Shown in pieces: positions 16,775-26,057 of a stretch of 64,000 bases of DNA; within the stretch, counting starts at the first letter, position 1, and each line of letters starts with the position of its first letter. The translations under genes and the position numbers were made by a program. The stretch is from Candidatus Dormiibacterota bacterium. Lineage in GTDB: Bacteria; Chloroflexota; Dormibacteria; Aeolococcales; Aeolococcaceae. Below the pieces are notes generated by a model, which was not told where the DNA came from, did not search any database, and saw only the letters and a program-made list of their open reading frames with translations. Where the stretch lies: positions 408,853 through 472,852 of the forward strand of contig PMOL01000011.1 of the NCBI GenBank assembly GCA_003162415.1. The letters are read 5' to 3'.

Positions 16775-18190
16775 CTACCCGTCGTGCCCGCCGTTGGCAC
16801 GCTCACGCGCTCGCTGGCGGCCCGCTTCGAGCTGATCGTGCAGCGCAGCATGGAGTCCGTCGATCGGCACGCGTACCTGGGTCATGCCGTCGCGCTCGCG
16901 GATGGTCACCGAGTGGTCGTTCAGCGAGTCGAAGTCGAAGGTGATCGCCAGCGGCGTGCCGATCTCGTCCTGACGGCGATAGCGACGGCCGATCGCCTGG
17001 GTCTCGTCGTAGATGGTCGAGAATTGGGAGCGCAGGTCGTGCTCGATGCGACGCGCCGGTTCGATGAGCTCCGCCTTCTTGGACAGGGGCAACACCGCGA
17101 CCTGCACCGGTGCCACGTCCGGGTGGAGATGCAGCACCACACGCTTCTCACCGCGCACCTCCTCCTCGTCATACGCATCGACCAGGAGCGTGATGAAGAT
17201 GCGGTCGGTGCTCACCGCGGGCTCGATGACGTAGGGGATGTACCGCTCGTTGGTCTCGGGGTCGAAGTATGAGAGGTCGCGTCCGCTGTGCTCCATATGA
17301 GTCTTCAGGTCGAAGTCGGTGCGATCCGCGACTCCTTCGAGCTCGCCCCACCCGAACGGATATCGATACTCGATGTCGCTGGTTGCGGTGCTGTAGTGGG
17401 ACAGCTCCTCCTTCGCATGCGGGCGGAGGCGGAGATTCTCCTTAAGCACGCCCATGGTCTCGACATGCCAGTTGAACCGCTCCGCGCACCAGTACTCATG
17501 CAGCTCCAGGTCGCTCCCCGGCTTGCAGAAGTACTCCATCTCCATCAGCTCGAACTCGCGCAGGCGAAAGACGAAGTTACCCGGGGAGATCTCGTTGCGA
17601 AATCCCTTGCCCTGCTGTGCGATACCGAAGGGCAGGCGGCGGCGTGTCGAGTTGACCACGTTGGCAAAGTTGACGAACATGCCCTGTGCCGTCTCCGGGC
17701 GGAGCCAGATCTGCGCGGCGTCCTCCTCGACCGGACCGATGAACGTCTTGAACATGAGGTTGAACTGCCGGGCGGGGGTGAGCTCGCCGCCGCATTCCGG
17801 ACAGCCCGACGCATCAGGCGGCTTGCCGCGGGCGCGCCGCTCGTCGGCAAGGTGGTCTGCGCGCCAGCGCTTCTTGCACGGCCCGAGGCAATCGACCAGT
17901 GGATCGGTGAAGCCTGCAACGTGACCGCTGGCGACCCACACCTCGGGGTTCATGAGGATCGCGCTTTCGATGCCCTCGACGTCATCACGCAGCTCGACCA
18001 TCGACGCCCACCAGCGCTCCCGGATGTTGCGGCGCAGCCGCACTCCCAGGGGCCCGAAGTCGTAGACGGCGTTGAGGCCACCGTAGATCTCGCTCGACGG
18101 GTAGACGAACCCGCGCTGCTTGCACAGCGAGACGAGCTTCTCGATGACGTCCGATTGCGCCCGGTCCTGCTGTGTCTGCTCCTGGGCCAT
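16775..18190 (-). CDS. glyS: Glycine--tRNA ligase, homodimeric (alpha2) type
   Basis: SSEIYGG...YDFGPLG, LRPETAQG, FRNEISP, FRLREFE, YRRQDEIGTP anticodon-binding domain. Confidence 0.96.
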   Translation of the reverse strand: MAQEQTQQDRAQSDVIEKLVSLCKQRGFVYPSSEIYGGLNAVYDFGPLGVRLRRNIRERWWASMVELRDDVEGIESAILMNPEVWVASGHVAGFTDPLVDCLGPCKKRWRADHLADERRARGKPPDASGCPECGGELTPARQFNLMFKTFIGPVEEDAAQIWLRPETAQGMFVNFANVVNSTRRRLPFGIAQQGKGFRNEISPGNFVFRLREFELMEMEYFCKPGSDLELHEYWCAERFNWHVETMGVLKENLRLRPHAKEELSHYSTATSDIEYRYPFGWGELEGVADRTDFDLKTHMEHSGRDLSYFDPETNERYIPYVIEPAVSTDRIFITLLVDAYDEEEVRGEKRVVLHLHPDVAPVQVAVLPLSKKAELIEPARRIEHDLRSQFSTIYDETQAIGRRYRRQDEIGTPLAITFDFDSLNDHSVTIRERDGMTQVRVPIDGLHAALHDQLEAGRQRARERANGGHDG

Positions 18191-18196
18191 GGCCGG

Positions 18197-18973
18197 TCAG
18201 TCTACCGGCACCCTCACGGCACCCCGCCCTTCGATCGCCCGAAGCACGTCGATCGATCGCAGCCGTCGATCGAGGTGATGAGCCAGCTCGGACTCCACGA
18301 TGCGCTCGAGTGTCTGGAGCGTGGCGGTGTCGAGCCGCAGGTGGAGCCAGAGCTCCTCATCGCCGTCCGCGGCGGCGCGCAGCACCTTGATAACACGCAC
18401 CGCGCACTCCACCCCTTCGGGATCGCCGGGGGCGCAGCGCGCGCAGAGGAGACCGCCACCCGGGGCACTGAACCAGGCCATCTCCTCGGGGAGGCGCCGC
18501 TCGCAGCTCGCGCAGTCGATGAGCTGTGGTGCATAGCCGAGCCGGTCCACCATCCGGCGAGCGAACCACACGATCGCGGCGCGCGGATCCCGTTCCGGGT
18601 CGGCGCATGCCGTCAGCGCGCTCGCCACGAGCGCGTAGATCTCCGGGTCAGCATGGTGGCTCTCGAGAACGCGGTCGGTCAGCTCGGCGCACAACGAGGC
18701 GCACGCCGCACGCCGTGCGTCACTCCGCAGCGGGGTTGCTGCGACCGTCTCCGCCTGGGTGAGCACATCGAGCTCGCCGCGCCCGCGCGCGAGCTGCATG
18801 CGGCTGCGCGTGAACAGGTCAGTGCGCGACGCGAGCCGGCTCTGACTTTTGCGCACGCCACGTGCGATGACCCCGATCTTGCCGTGCTCGAGCGTCAGCA
18901 CGGTGAGAATGCGGTCCGCCTCGCCGTAGTCGATGCGTCGCAGCACGATTCCCTCGTCGCTGTAGGTCGGCAT
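18197..18973 (-). CDS. recO: DNA repair protein RecO
   Basis: Start MPTYSDEGIVLRRIDYGEADRILTVLTLEHGKIGVIARGVRKS, Zn-finger CASC...LLCARC, ELAHHLDRRLRS. Confidence 0.93.
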   Translation of the reverse strand: MPTYSDEGIVLRRIDYGEADRILTVLTLEHGKIGVIARGVRKSQSRLASRTDLFTRSRMQLARGRGELDVLTQAETVAATPLRSDARRAACASLCAELTDRVLESHHADPEIYALVASALTACADPERDPRAAIVWFARRMVDRLGYAPQLIDCASCERRLPEEMAWFSAPGGGLLCARCAPGDPEGVECAVRVIKVLRAAADGDEELWLHLRLDTATLQTLERIVESELAHHLDRRLRSIDVLRAIEGRGAVRVPVD

Positions 18974-18989
18974 CCGACCATCATGCGCA

Positions 18990-20333
18990 CTACTGGTGGC
19001 GAGCGTGCGCCGGCGACTCCTCCTGGGTGTCCCGGGCCTCCTGCTGACCCTCGTGGTCGGTGGCGCGAACCGCGCGGTCTCGTACCAGCGGGACCGGGCT
19101 GGTGATGCGCACGGATTGGATCCCCTGGCGCCGGATCGACTCGACGGTGAGCGTCGCGTCCCCGAGCTGGATGGTCGCACCGACCTTGGGAATCTCGCCG
19201 AGCAACTCGTAGACCAGTCCGCCGACGGTATCGGCTTCGACGGTGGGAACCGGGAGATCGAGCTCCTCCTTGAGGTCATCCACCGGGAACCGGGCGCTGA
19301 CCACCACCTCGTGGTCCGAGATGATCTGCAGCTCCTCGACCTCGCGCATGTCGTACTCGTCGCGGATCGGCCCGACGATCTCCTCGATGAGGTCCTCGAA
19401 GGTGACGATGCCGGCGGTCCCACCGTGCTCATCGACGACCACCGCGATGTGCACCTTGCGCTCCTTCATCTCGCGCAGCAGCTCGCCAACTCGCTTCGCC
19501 TCAGGCGTGTAGTACGGCTCGCGCGCGATCGCCTTGAGCGGGCGCTGATCGTCACCAACCACGCCGTGGCGCAACAGGTCCTTCGCGTACACGACACCGA
19601 CGATGTTGTCGACGTTGTCCTCGTAGATGGGGATGCGCGAGAACCCGAACTCGATGATCACCTTGATCACGTCGGCGATCGAGTCGGTCGCCTCGACCGC
19701 GACGATGTCGACGCGCGGGACCATGACCTCGCGGACCAGCTTGTCGGTCATCTCGAGGATGCCGTGGATCATCTCGCGCTCCTCCTGCTCGACGATCCCC
19801 TCCTGTTCGCCGACGTAGAGGAGCAGCTTCAACTCCTCCTCGGTGACGAACGGGCCGCGCACGGTATGGCCCCGGGTGGCAGCGCGCACGATCAGGCGCG
19901 ACATCGCGCTCAGCCCGCCGATCAGCGGGCGAAGCACTCGGGTGAGGAACTGGACCGGGCCCGCGAGCACCAGGGCGAATCGCTCGTTGAATCGGAGCGC
20001 GAGCGATTTCGGCGCGATCTCGCAAAAGATCAGGACCAGGATAGAGAGGACGATGGTGCCGACGGCCTGCGGGATTTTCGTGAGATAGCCGGTGATCAAC
20101 AACGCCGTGGCCGTCGAGACCACGATGACCGCGACCGTGTTCAGGGTGAGGATGGTCGACAGATAGGCGTTCGGGTCCGCGTGCAGGCGCGTCACCGTTC
20201 GGGCGCGCTTGTTGCCGTCTTCTGCCAGGCTCCGCATCCGTATTCTGCTGACGCTCGTCAGCGAGGTCTCCGCCGCCGCCGCAAACGCGGCAATGACGAG
20301 GCCGAGGACGATGACGATGATGAGAGGGGTCAT
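18990..20333 (-). CDS. Hemolysin-family CNNM (DUF21)-CBS-CorC membrane protein
   Basis: AAAETSLTS, FCEIAPKSLA, VREVMVPRVD, FSRIPIYE...DNIVGVVYAKD, VVDEHGGTAGIVTFEDLIEEIVGPIRDEYD. Confidence 0.92.
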   Translation of the reverse strand: MTPLIIVIVLGLVIAAFAAAAETSLTSVSRIRMRSLAEDGNKRARTVTRLHADPNAYLSTILTLNTVAVIVVSTATALLITGYLTKIPQAVGTIVLSILVLIFCEIAPKSLALRFNERFALVLAGPVQFLTRVLRPLIGGLSAMSRLIVRAATRGHTVRGPFVTEEELKLLLYVGEQEGIVEQEEREMIHGILEMTDKLVREVMVPRVDIVAVEATDSIADVIKVIIEFGFSRIPIYEDNVDNIVGVVYAKDLLRHGVVGDDQRPLKAIAREPYYTPEAKRVGELLREMKERKVHIAVVVDEHGGTAGIVTFEDLIEEIVGPIRDEYDMREVEELQIISDHEVVVSARFPVDDLKEELDLPVPTVEADTVGGLVYELLGEIPKVGATIQLGDATLTVESIRRQGIQSVRITSPVPLVRDRAVRATDHEGQQEARDTQEESPAHARHQ

Positions 20334-20364
20334 CGGCTCTGGGACTGTGGAGGGTCTGAGCCGC

Positions 20365-21330
20365 TCACCGGAAGAGTTCGCTGACGCTCCGCCCCTCGTG
20401 GACACGCACGATCGCCTCGGCGATCAGTGGCGCAACCGAGAGGATGCGAAGCTTGGGCGCGTCGTCGAAACTGTGACTGCCGTTGTGATACGGGATGGTG
20501 TCGGTGATGCAGATCTCATCGATGGGAGCCGCATGCAGGCGCGCCACCGCGCCGTCACTGAGAACGCCGTGAGTCGCGACCACGTCGACGGACTTCGCGC
20601 CACTCGCGAGCAACGCGACGGCGGCATTGATGAGCGTGCCGCCGGTCGAGATGAGGTCGTCGACGATCACGCAGACCGCGCCTTCCACATCACCGATGAC
20701 GTTGACGACCTCGACGGTGTCGTCGCGCGGACGCCGCTTGTCGATGACCGCGATCGGCGCGTCGAGGATGCGCGCGAGGTTTCGAGCGCGGTGCACACCG
20801 CCGGTGTCCGGTGACACGACCACGACATCGTGCCCGTGGCGCTCGCGCACCCGGCGGGCGAGGATCTTGGTGGCGATGAGCGCGTCCACCGGGATGTCGA
20901 AGAAACCCTGGATCGCCTCGGCATGGAGGTCGACGCAGATGACCCGGTTGGCGCCGGCCAGTTCGATGATGTTCGCCATCAGCTTGGCGCTGATCGGGTC
21001 GCGGGCCTGGGTCTTCTTCTCCTTGCGCTGATACCCGTAGTACGGGATCACCGCGGTGATGCGCGACGCCGAGGCGCGACGGAGCGCGTCGAGGATGATG
21101 AACAGCTCGATCAGGTTGTCGCTGACCGGGTGGCACGTCGGCTGCACCAGGAAGACATCGTGACCGCGCACCGACTCGCGGATCTTGACGTCGAACTCAC
21201 CGTCCGCGAAGCGCGTGATCTCGCATTCGGCAAGCTTGACGCCGATCTCACGGGCGATCCGCTCGCTCAGCTCGGGATTCCCGCTTCCCGAGAGGAGCAG
21301 CAGCTCGCCATAGGGGTTGGAGTCGGTCAC
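20365..21330 (-). CDS. prs: Ribose-phosphate pyrophosphokinase
   Basis: FADGE, VIPYYGYQRKEKK, VDLHA, VVSPDTGG, IVDDLISTGGT; GTGA overlap with the glmU stop. Confidence 0.96.
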   Translation of the reverse strand: MTDSNPYGELLLLSGSGNPELSERIAREIGVKLAECEITRFADGEFDVKIRESVRGHDVFLVQPTCHPVSDNLIELFIILDALRRASASRITAVIPYYGYQRKEKKTQARDPISAKLMANIIELAGANRVICVDLHAEAIQGFFDIPVDALIATKILARRVRERHGHDVVVVSPDTGGVHRARNLARILDAPIAVIDKRRPRDDTVEVVNVIGDVEGAVCVIVDDLISTGGTLINAAVALLASGAKSVDVVATHGVLSDGAVARLHAAPIDEICITDTIPYHNGSHSFDDAPKLRILSVAPLIAEAIVRVHEGRSVSELFR

Positions 21331-22691
21331 GACTGCACCGGCCGGCGGGCCGCCCATCCCTCGACGTTGCGCTGCCGGCTCCGGCCGACAGCGAGCGCCC
21401 CGGCTGGCACGTCATGGTCGATGAACGAGCCGGCGCCGATGTAGCAGCCATCACCCAGGCGAACCGGCGCCACCAGGGTCGAGTTCGTCCCGACGAAGAC
21501 TCGGTTGCCGATGACGGTGCGGTACTTGGCCGAGCCGTCGTAGTTGCAGGTGACCGTGCCGGCGCCGATGTTCACCCCCTCACCCACGTCGCTGTCGAGC
21601 ACGCAGGAGAAGTGGCTGATACGAGTCCCGGCGCCAACGGTGCTGTTCTTGACCTCGGCATGCGTCCCCAACTCTACCCCGGACGCGAGCACGGTATTCG
21701 GACGGACCCGGCAGTAGGCCCCGATGCGCACATCGTCGCCGAGCTCGCACCCCTCCAGGCGTGACTCGCCGATCACCACTCGCTGCCCGGCCCGAACGTC
21801 GTGCAGGACGGCCATCGGCCCGATCTCGCATCCTGACCCGAGCGAGGTGGACCCGGCGAGCGTGGTCATGGGGTGAATGACGCTGTCCGGGCCAACCTGG
21901 ACCCCCGGCGCCACGTACGTCGTGGCAGGGTCCTCCACGGTCACGCCGGAGAGCATGAGCGCATCCAGGGTCCGGCGCCGGAGCGCGGCTTCGGCAGCCG
22001 CCAGCTGGCGCCGATCGTTGATGAAGATGAACTCGTCGGGATCGGGAGCCACGAGCGCCTCGACCGGTCCGGTGAGGAGCTCGATGACGTCGGTGAGGTA
22101 GTACTCGCCCTGAGCGTTGGCGCTGGTCAGGCGGTCGAGCGCGGGCCAGAGCTGCGAGCCGTCGAAGACGTAGATGCCCCCATTGCATTCCATCGGCACC
22201 GGCTCGCCCGGAGACAGATCCCGCTCCTCGACGATGCGCACGACGTGGCCGGCGTCGTCGCGCACGGCTCGGCCCAAGCCGGACGGATCAGCGGGGACCC
22301 CGAGCAGCAGGGTGCAGGCGCGTGGCGATGTGGCATGTGCCGCCAGGAGGCGGACCAGGGTCTCGGATCTGATCAGCGGAGCGTCGCCGACCATGACCAG
22401 GACGGGACCCTCACCGCGCCGGGATTGAGGAACGCTCCGAAGTGCGTGGCCCGTGCCGAGCGGCGCCTCCTGTTCGACGCAGATCGCGGCATCGCCGAGC
22501 ACGTCGCGAAGACGGGAGTCACCTGCCGCGGTCACCACGATGGGTGGACTGCCCGTCGCGGCGCGAGCAGCCTCGACGACGTAGAGGATGAATGGGCGAC
22601 CGCCGAGCGGATGAAGGACTTTGGGGAGAGCGCTCCGCATCCGTTTGCCCTGCCCGGCGGCGAGGATCACCGCGTGGGGCCCGTCACCCAT
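21327..22691 (-). CDS. glmU: Bifunctional UDP-GlcNAc pyrophosphorylase / GlcN-1-P acetyltransferase
   Basis: LAAGQGKRMRSALPKVLH, EQEAPLGTGHA, NAQGEYYLTD, hexapeptide repeats, GAGTVTCNYDG. Confidence 0.96.
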   Translation of the reverse strand: MGDGPHAVILAAGQGKRMRSALPKVLHPLGGRPFILYVVEAARAATGSPPIVVTAAGDSRLRDVLGDAAICVEQEAPLGTGHALRSVPQSRRGEGPVLVMVGDAPLIRSETLVRLLAAHATSPRACTLLLGVPADPSGLGRAVRDDAGHVVRIVEERDLSPGEPVPMECNGGIYVFDGSQLWPALDRLTSANAQGEYYLTDVIELLTGPVEALVAPDPDEFIFINDRRQLAAAEAALRRRTLDALMLSGVTVEDPATTYVAPGVQVGPDSVIHPMTTLAGSTSLGSGCEIGPMAVLHDVRAGQRVVIGESRLEGCELGDDVRIGAYCRVRPNTVLASGVELGTHAEVKNSTVGAGTRISHFSCVLDSDVGEGVNIGAGTVTCNYDGSAKYRTVIGNRVFVGTNSTLVAPVRLGDGCYIGAGSFIDHDVPAGALAVGRSRQRNVEGWAARRPVQS

Positions 22692-22754
22692 GTGCTCGCG
22701 AGTATACGGGCTCGCCGGAGCCGGGCTTCAGGCCCCCGTCCGTACGATGAACTC

Positions 22755-23681
22755 GTGCAGAGCTCGATGCTCGATATCGACGGCCCTGTCTACGTCGCCG
22801 ATTTCGGTGGCGACGGTCCCGTGATGCTGCTCGTGCACGGTCTCGGCGGGGCGCACCTCAACTGGATGGCCGTGGCACCCCAGCTCGCCGTCCGCAACCG
22901 CGTCTACGCGCTCGACCTCCCCGGCTTCGGACGCTCCCCGCTCGCCGGGCGGCGTTCCACGATCGCCGCCAATGTCGACCTCCTGACGCGTGCGATCACC
23001 CGGCTTTCGCGCGAACCGATCGTCCTGATGGGAAACTCGATGGGCGGCCTGCTCGCAATCGGGGTGGCCGCGCGGCACCCGAATCTCGTCGATGCCCTGG
23101 TGCTGGTGGATCCCGCGGTGCCGGCGCCGGGTGGCGGGTTCCCGCCGCGCCTCGACCGCGTGTCGCGAACCTTCATCGCCACCGCCTTCATGCCGCGATG
23201 GGGGGCTCGGCGGCTGAGCCGCGCCGTCGCGGCTCTCGGGCCCGACAGCCTGGTCCGCGAGACCATGCGGCTGGTGAGCGGTGACCCGACCCGGATCGAG
23301 CCGACAGTGATCGACGCCCACATCGCACTCGAAGCCGAGCGGCTTGCCGAGTCGAGCTGGCATGAGTCCTTCTATGCAGCCACACGCTCGCTGGTCGCGG
23401 CACTCGCGCTGAAGCGAAAGGTGCTCCGCTGGATGGAGGAGGTGGTTGCACCGACCCTGCTGCTCCAGGGCGATCTCGATCGCCTTGTCCCCGTCGCCTC
23501 GGCGCGAGCCATCGCATCGCTCCGTCCCGACTGGGAGTACCACGAGTTCGCCGGCGCGGGCCACGTACCCATGCTCGAGGTGCCTGGCGAGTTCGTGGAG
23601 GTCGTCAGTGACTGGCTGAGCCGTCAGGGTGCCGCCGCCTCACATGGCCTCGCATCAGAGGGCGCCGGGGTCCCCGCCTGA
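22755..23681 (+). CDS. Alpha/beta hydrolase
   Basis: LLVHGLGG, DLPGFGRS, GNSMGG nucleophile elbow, GDLDRLVP, GHVPMLE; TACGAT box 6 nt before GTG 22755. Confidence 0.9.
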   Translation: MQSSMLDIDGPVYVADFGGDGPVMLLVHGLGGAHLNWMAVAPQLAVRNRVYALDLPGFGRSPLAGRRSTIAANVDLLTRAITRLSREPIVLMGNSMGGLLAIGVAARHPNLVDALVLVDPAVPAPGGGFPPRLDRVSRTFIATAFMPRWGARRLSRAVAALGPDSLVRETMRLVSGDPTRIEPTVIDAHIALEAERLAESSWHESFYAATRSLVAALALKRKVLRWMEEVVAPTLLLQGDLDRLVPVASARAIASLRPDWEYHEFAGAGHVPMLEVPGEFVEVVSDWLSRQGAAASHGLASEGAGVPA

Positions 23682-23727
23682 CGAACCCGGCGGTTCGGAC
23701 GGTCCCCGGGTAGGATCGACGTGCCAC

Positions 23728-23799
23728 TGGGGAGTCGCCAAGTGGTAAGGCAGCGGACTTTGGATCCGCCATCCGAAGGTTCGAATCCTTCCTCCCCAG
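23728..23799 (+). tRNA. tRNA-Gln (TTG), CCA not encoded
   Basis: TGGGGAGTCGCCAAGTGGTAAGGCAGCGGACTTTGGATCCGCCATCCGAAGGTTCGAATCCTTCCTCCCCAG forms a cloverleaf with anticodon loop CTTTGGA. Confidence 0.97.
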
Positions 23800-23887
23800 C
23801 AAATTTCGTGTATGCCTCCGGTTGATGCTAGCGCCGGCGACCTTCCTAACTCCACGCCCATCGACTGATCGCTAAGCTCCCTTCGGC

Positions 23888-26038
23888 GTGCCCCTGCAAG
23901 ACCTCGCGCAATCGATTCCCGGCGTGGCGATTGGCGCGCTGTTGACGGGTTTCGCCCTCGCTACCCTGCTCAGTCCGCGATGGCACTGGTGGGCCCGGCT
24001 TGCCATGTCGCCGGGACTGTCTGCGGGGTTCATCGGCGTCTCCGGGATGGCTATGCACGATGTCCACATCCCGTTTGAGCCGGTCACCGTGCTGCCACTT
24101 GTCGCCGTCCTCGGCGCTGCGGCGTTGGTCCGCTGGCAGCGTGCCAGCCCCGGTCAGCGCGGCGATCCACCTCCGTGGTGGATACCCATTCCGGGGCTGC
24201 TTGTCGGTTTGGTCGGTGCGGCGGTCTTCGTCTGGGCGCTGCGCGGACAGGTGCTGCCCCCGGACTGGGACGCACCGACTCACGGCGGCCTCGCCGCGAC
24301 GATCGCCCGAACACACGACGTGCTTCCGCTGATTCCGATACCACTCGAATCGACCGAGTTCGTGCGCGTGCGTCCGGGGTTTGAGGCGATGGCCGCAGTC
24401 GTATCGTGGCTTGGAGGGCCATCGCCGGTGGCGTCGATGGCCCCGGTGATTGCGGCAACGATCGTGCTGATGCCGCTCTCGCTCACGCTTCTGGCTCTCG
24501 AGGCGACCGGCTCGGTAGCGCTGGCGGCGGTCGTCCCGTTCTTCACGCTCGGCCTGGCGTTTCCTTCGTATCAGGCGATCCTTGGACGGTTTCCGGAAAT
24601 GGTCGACTCGACGCTCATCGTGCCTCTCGTGGTAGCGACGCTCCGCGTCATGCGAGGCATGTTCACGCGCGACCACCTGCTGCTGCTCCCGGCGATCACG
24701 GCGTCCATCTGGGTGATCCACGGCCTCGAGCTGTTCACCGCGATCGTGGTTGCGTGTGGACTGCTGGCGGCGGCTGCCTTTCGGGCGATCAGGGCATCTC
24801 CCCAGCTCGCGCTCCAGCGCATCGGGGCGGCGGTTGGGGCGGTGCTCGTGGGCGCGGCCCTGGTGACGATCCTGACGCGCATGCCGCACGTTCCTCCAGC
24901 GAATCCCGCCGAGCCCTCGTCGGTCGTGCTTCCCAGCACGAGCTCACCGGTGCAACTGCACCAGATCGCGGCAGCCATCGCCCAGACCGACCTCATCAGC
25001 CCGGTGACGCTCGTGCTCTACGTCATTGGCGTGGTCACGATGCTGATCCGCCGCCGCATGCTCTGGGTGCTCGTCGCCCAGATCCTGCTCGTGCTCCTGA
25101 TGGTTGACGACCTCTACCTGCACAAGCTTGACAAGCTCTGGCGGCTCATCTACCCGTGGGGAGACCCGGATCGAATCGTCGGGGTGCAGTACTGGTTGAT
25201 CCCGCTGGTTCTGGGCACCGGGTTTCTCGCCCTCGTGAGCCTGGTGCGATCGCTGTCCCGCACGCGGCAGCTGCAAATTCGGGTCGGGGTCGCGGCGGCG
25301 GTCGTTCTCGCGGTTGCAGTGGCGTTGCGTCATCCGCTGGGTCACCTCTGGACGGACCTGATCGGCCGGTATCCGCTCAACGTGTACCCGCTCGGCGTCA
25401 TCGATCCGTTATCCGCGTTGCGCCCCTGGCTCCTCGTCGTCGGGATTTCCGCATTGGCAGTGGTTGCCGCGTGGCTCGCGATGGGCCTAGGTCTCGGCGC
25501 GCCACGCATCGTTCGAGATTGGTTGGGTTCCGCGGCGCAGGGCCTCGACGGCGCAGGGATGGTGCTCGGGGTTGTCGCCGTGGTCTGCGTCGTCGTCGGC
25601 GCATCCGTCGAGCTTGGGGTGTATCAGCACGAAGTCGCGACTCGATCGCTGGTCTCGCCGGCAGACGTGACCGTCCTGAATCGCATGAGCGAGGTTCTCC
25701 CCAAGGGCGCCATCGTGATGAACGACGGTGGTGACGACGCGGGCGAGTGGCTGGCTGCGCTGACCGACTTCACCCCGTTGACTCCGAATGGCTTTGCGTG
25801 GAGAACGCTGGACACACCGCTTGACGTCGACCTCGAAAACGCGTGTGCCGATCCCGCTGCCGCCGAGTCCGCTATTCAGCGAGCCCATACCGACGCGATC
25901 TTCATGGGCTCGCTGGACATCGTGCCCTCGCAGTACCCATGGGACTTCAACTGCATCTCGCGGCTGGCGAACCTGCGACTCATCGTCTCGGTGCCGGGAA
26001 ACGGGACGGTCTCAGCTGCTTTTGCCGTGATCAAGTAA
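23888..26038 (+). CDS. Large polytopic membrane protein (DUF6541-like / GT-C-like glycosyltransferase candidate)
   Basis: About 14-16 hydrophobic helices, acidic loop PPDWDAPTH after the first TM bundle, soluble C-terminal domain with NDGGDDAGEW. Confidence 0.6.
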   Translation: MPLQDLAQSIPGVAIGALLTGFALATLLSPRWHWWARLAMSPGLSAGFIGVSGMAMHDVHIPFEPVTVLPLVAVLGAAALVRWQRASPGQRGDPPPWWIPIPGLLVGLVGAAVFVWALRGQVLPPDWDAPTHGGLAATIARTHDVLPLIPIPLESTEFVRVRPGFEAMAAVVSWLGGPSPVASMAPVIAATIVLMPLSLTLLALEATGSVALAAVVPFFTLGLAFPSYQAILGRFPEMVDSTLIVPLVVATLRVMRGMFTRDHLLLLPAITASIWVIHGLELFTAIVVACGLLAAAAFRAIRASPQLALQRIGAAVGAVLVGAALVTILTRMPHVPPANPAEPSSVVLPSTSSPVQLHQIAAAIAQTDLISPVTLVLYVIGVVTMLIRRRMLWVLVAQILLVLLMVDDLYLHKLDKLWRLIYPWGDPDRIVGVQYWLIPLVLGTGFLALVSLVRSLSRTRQLQIRVGVAAAVVLAVAVALRHPLGHLWTDLIGRYPLNVYPLGVIDPLSALRPWLLVVGISALAVVAAWLAMGLGLGAPRIVRDWLGSAAQGLDGAGMVLGVVAVVCVVVGASVELGVYQHEVATRSLVSPADVTVLNRMSEVLPKGAIVMNDGGDDAGEWLAALTDFTPLTPNGFAWRTLDTPLDVDLENACADPAAAESAIQRAHTDAIFMGSLDIVPSQYPWDFNCISRLANLRLIVSVPGNGTVSAAFAVIK

Positions 26039-26057
26039 CCGCCGCCGGGCCGGACGA

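Noticed and set aside
18190-18197. T-box riboswitch for glyS (and for ilvB at 48.5-48.9 kb)
   Set aside because: glyS starts 7 nt from the recO stop, leaving no leader; no T-box AAGGTGG-type antiterminator motif was seen upstream of ilvB, where a peptide attenuator explains the structure.
21873-22754. N-terminal 294 codons of the 602-aa hydrolase ORF, and similar extensions on recO (to 19432), leuA (from 52196), leuB (from 55658), leuD (from 55185), the permease (to 61403) and the VOC (to 36788)
   Set aside because: The extensions overlap neighbouring genes; better starts are supported by stop/start overlaps, SD sites or -10 boxes.
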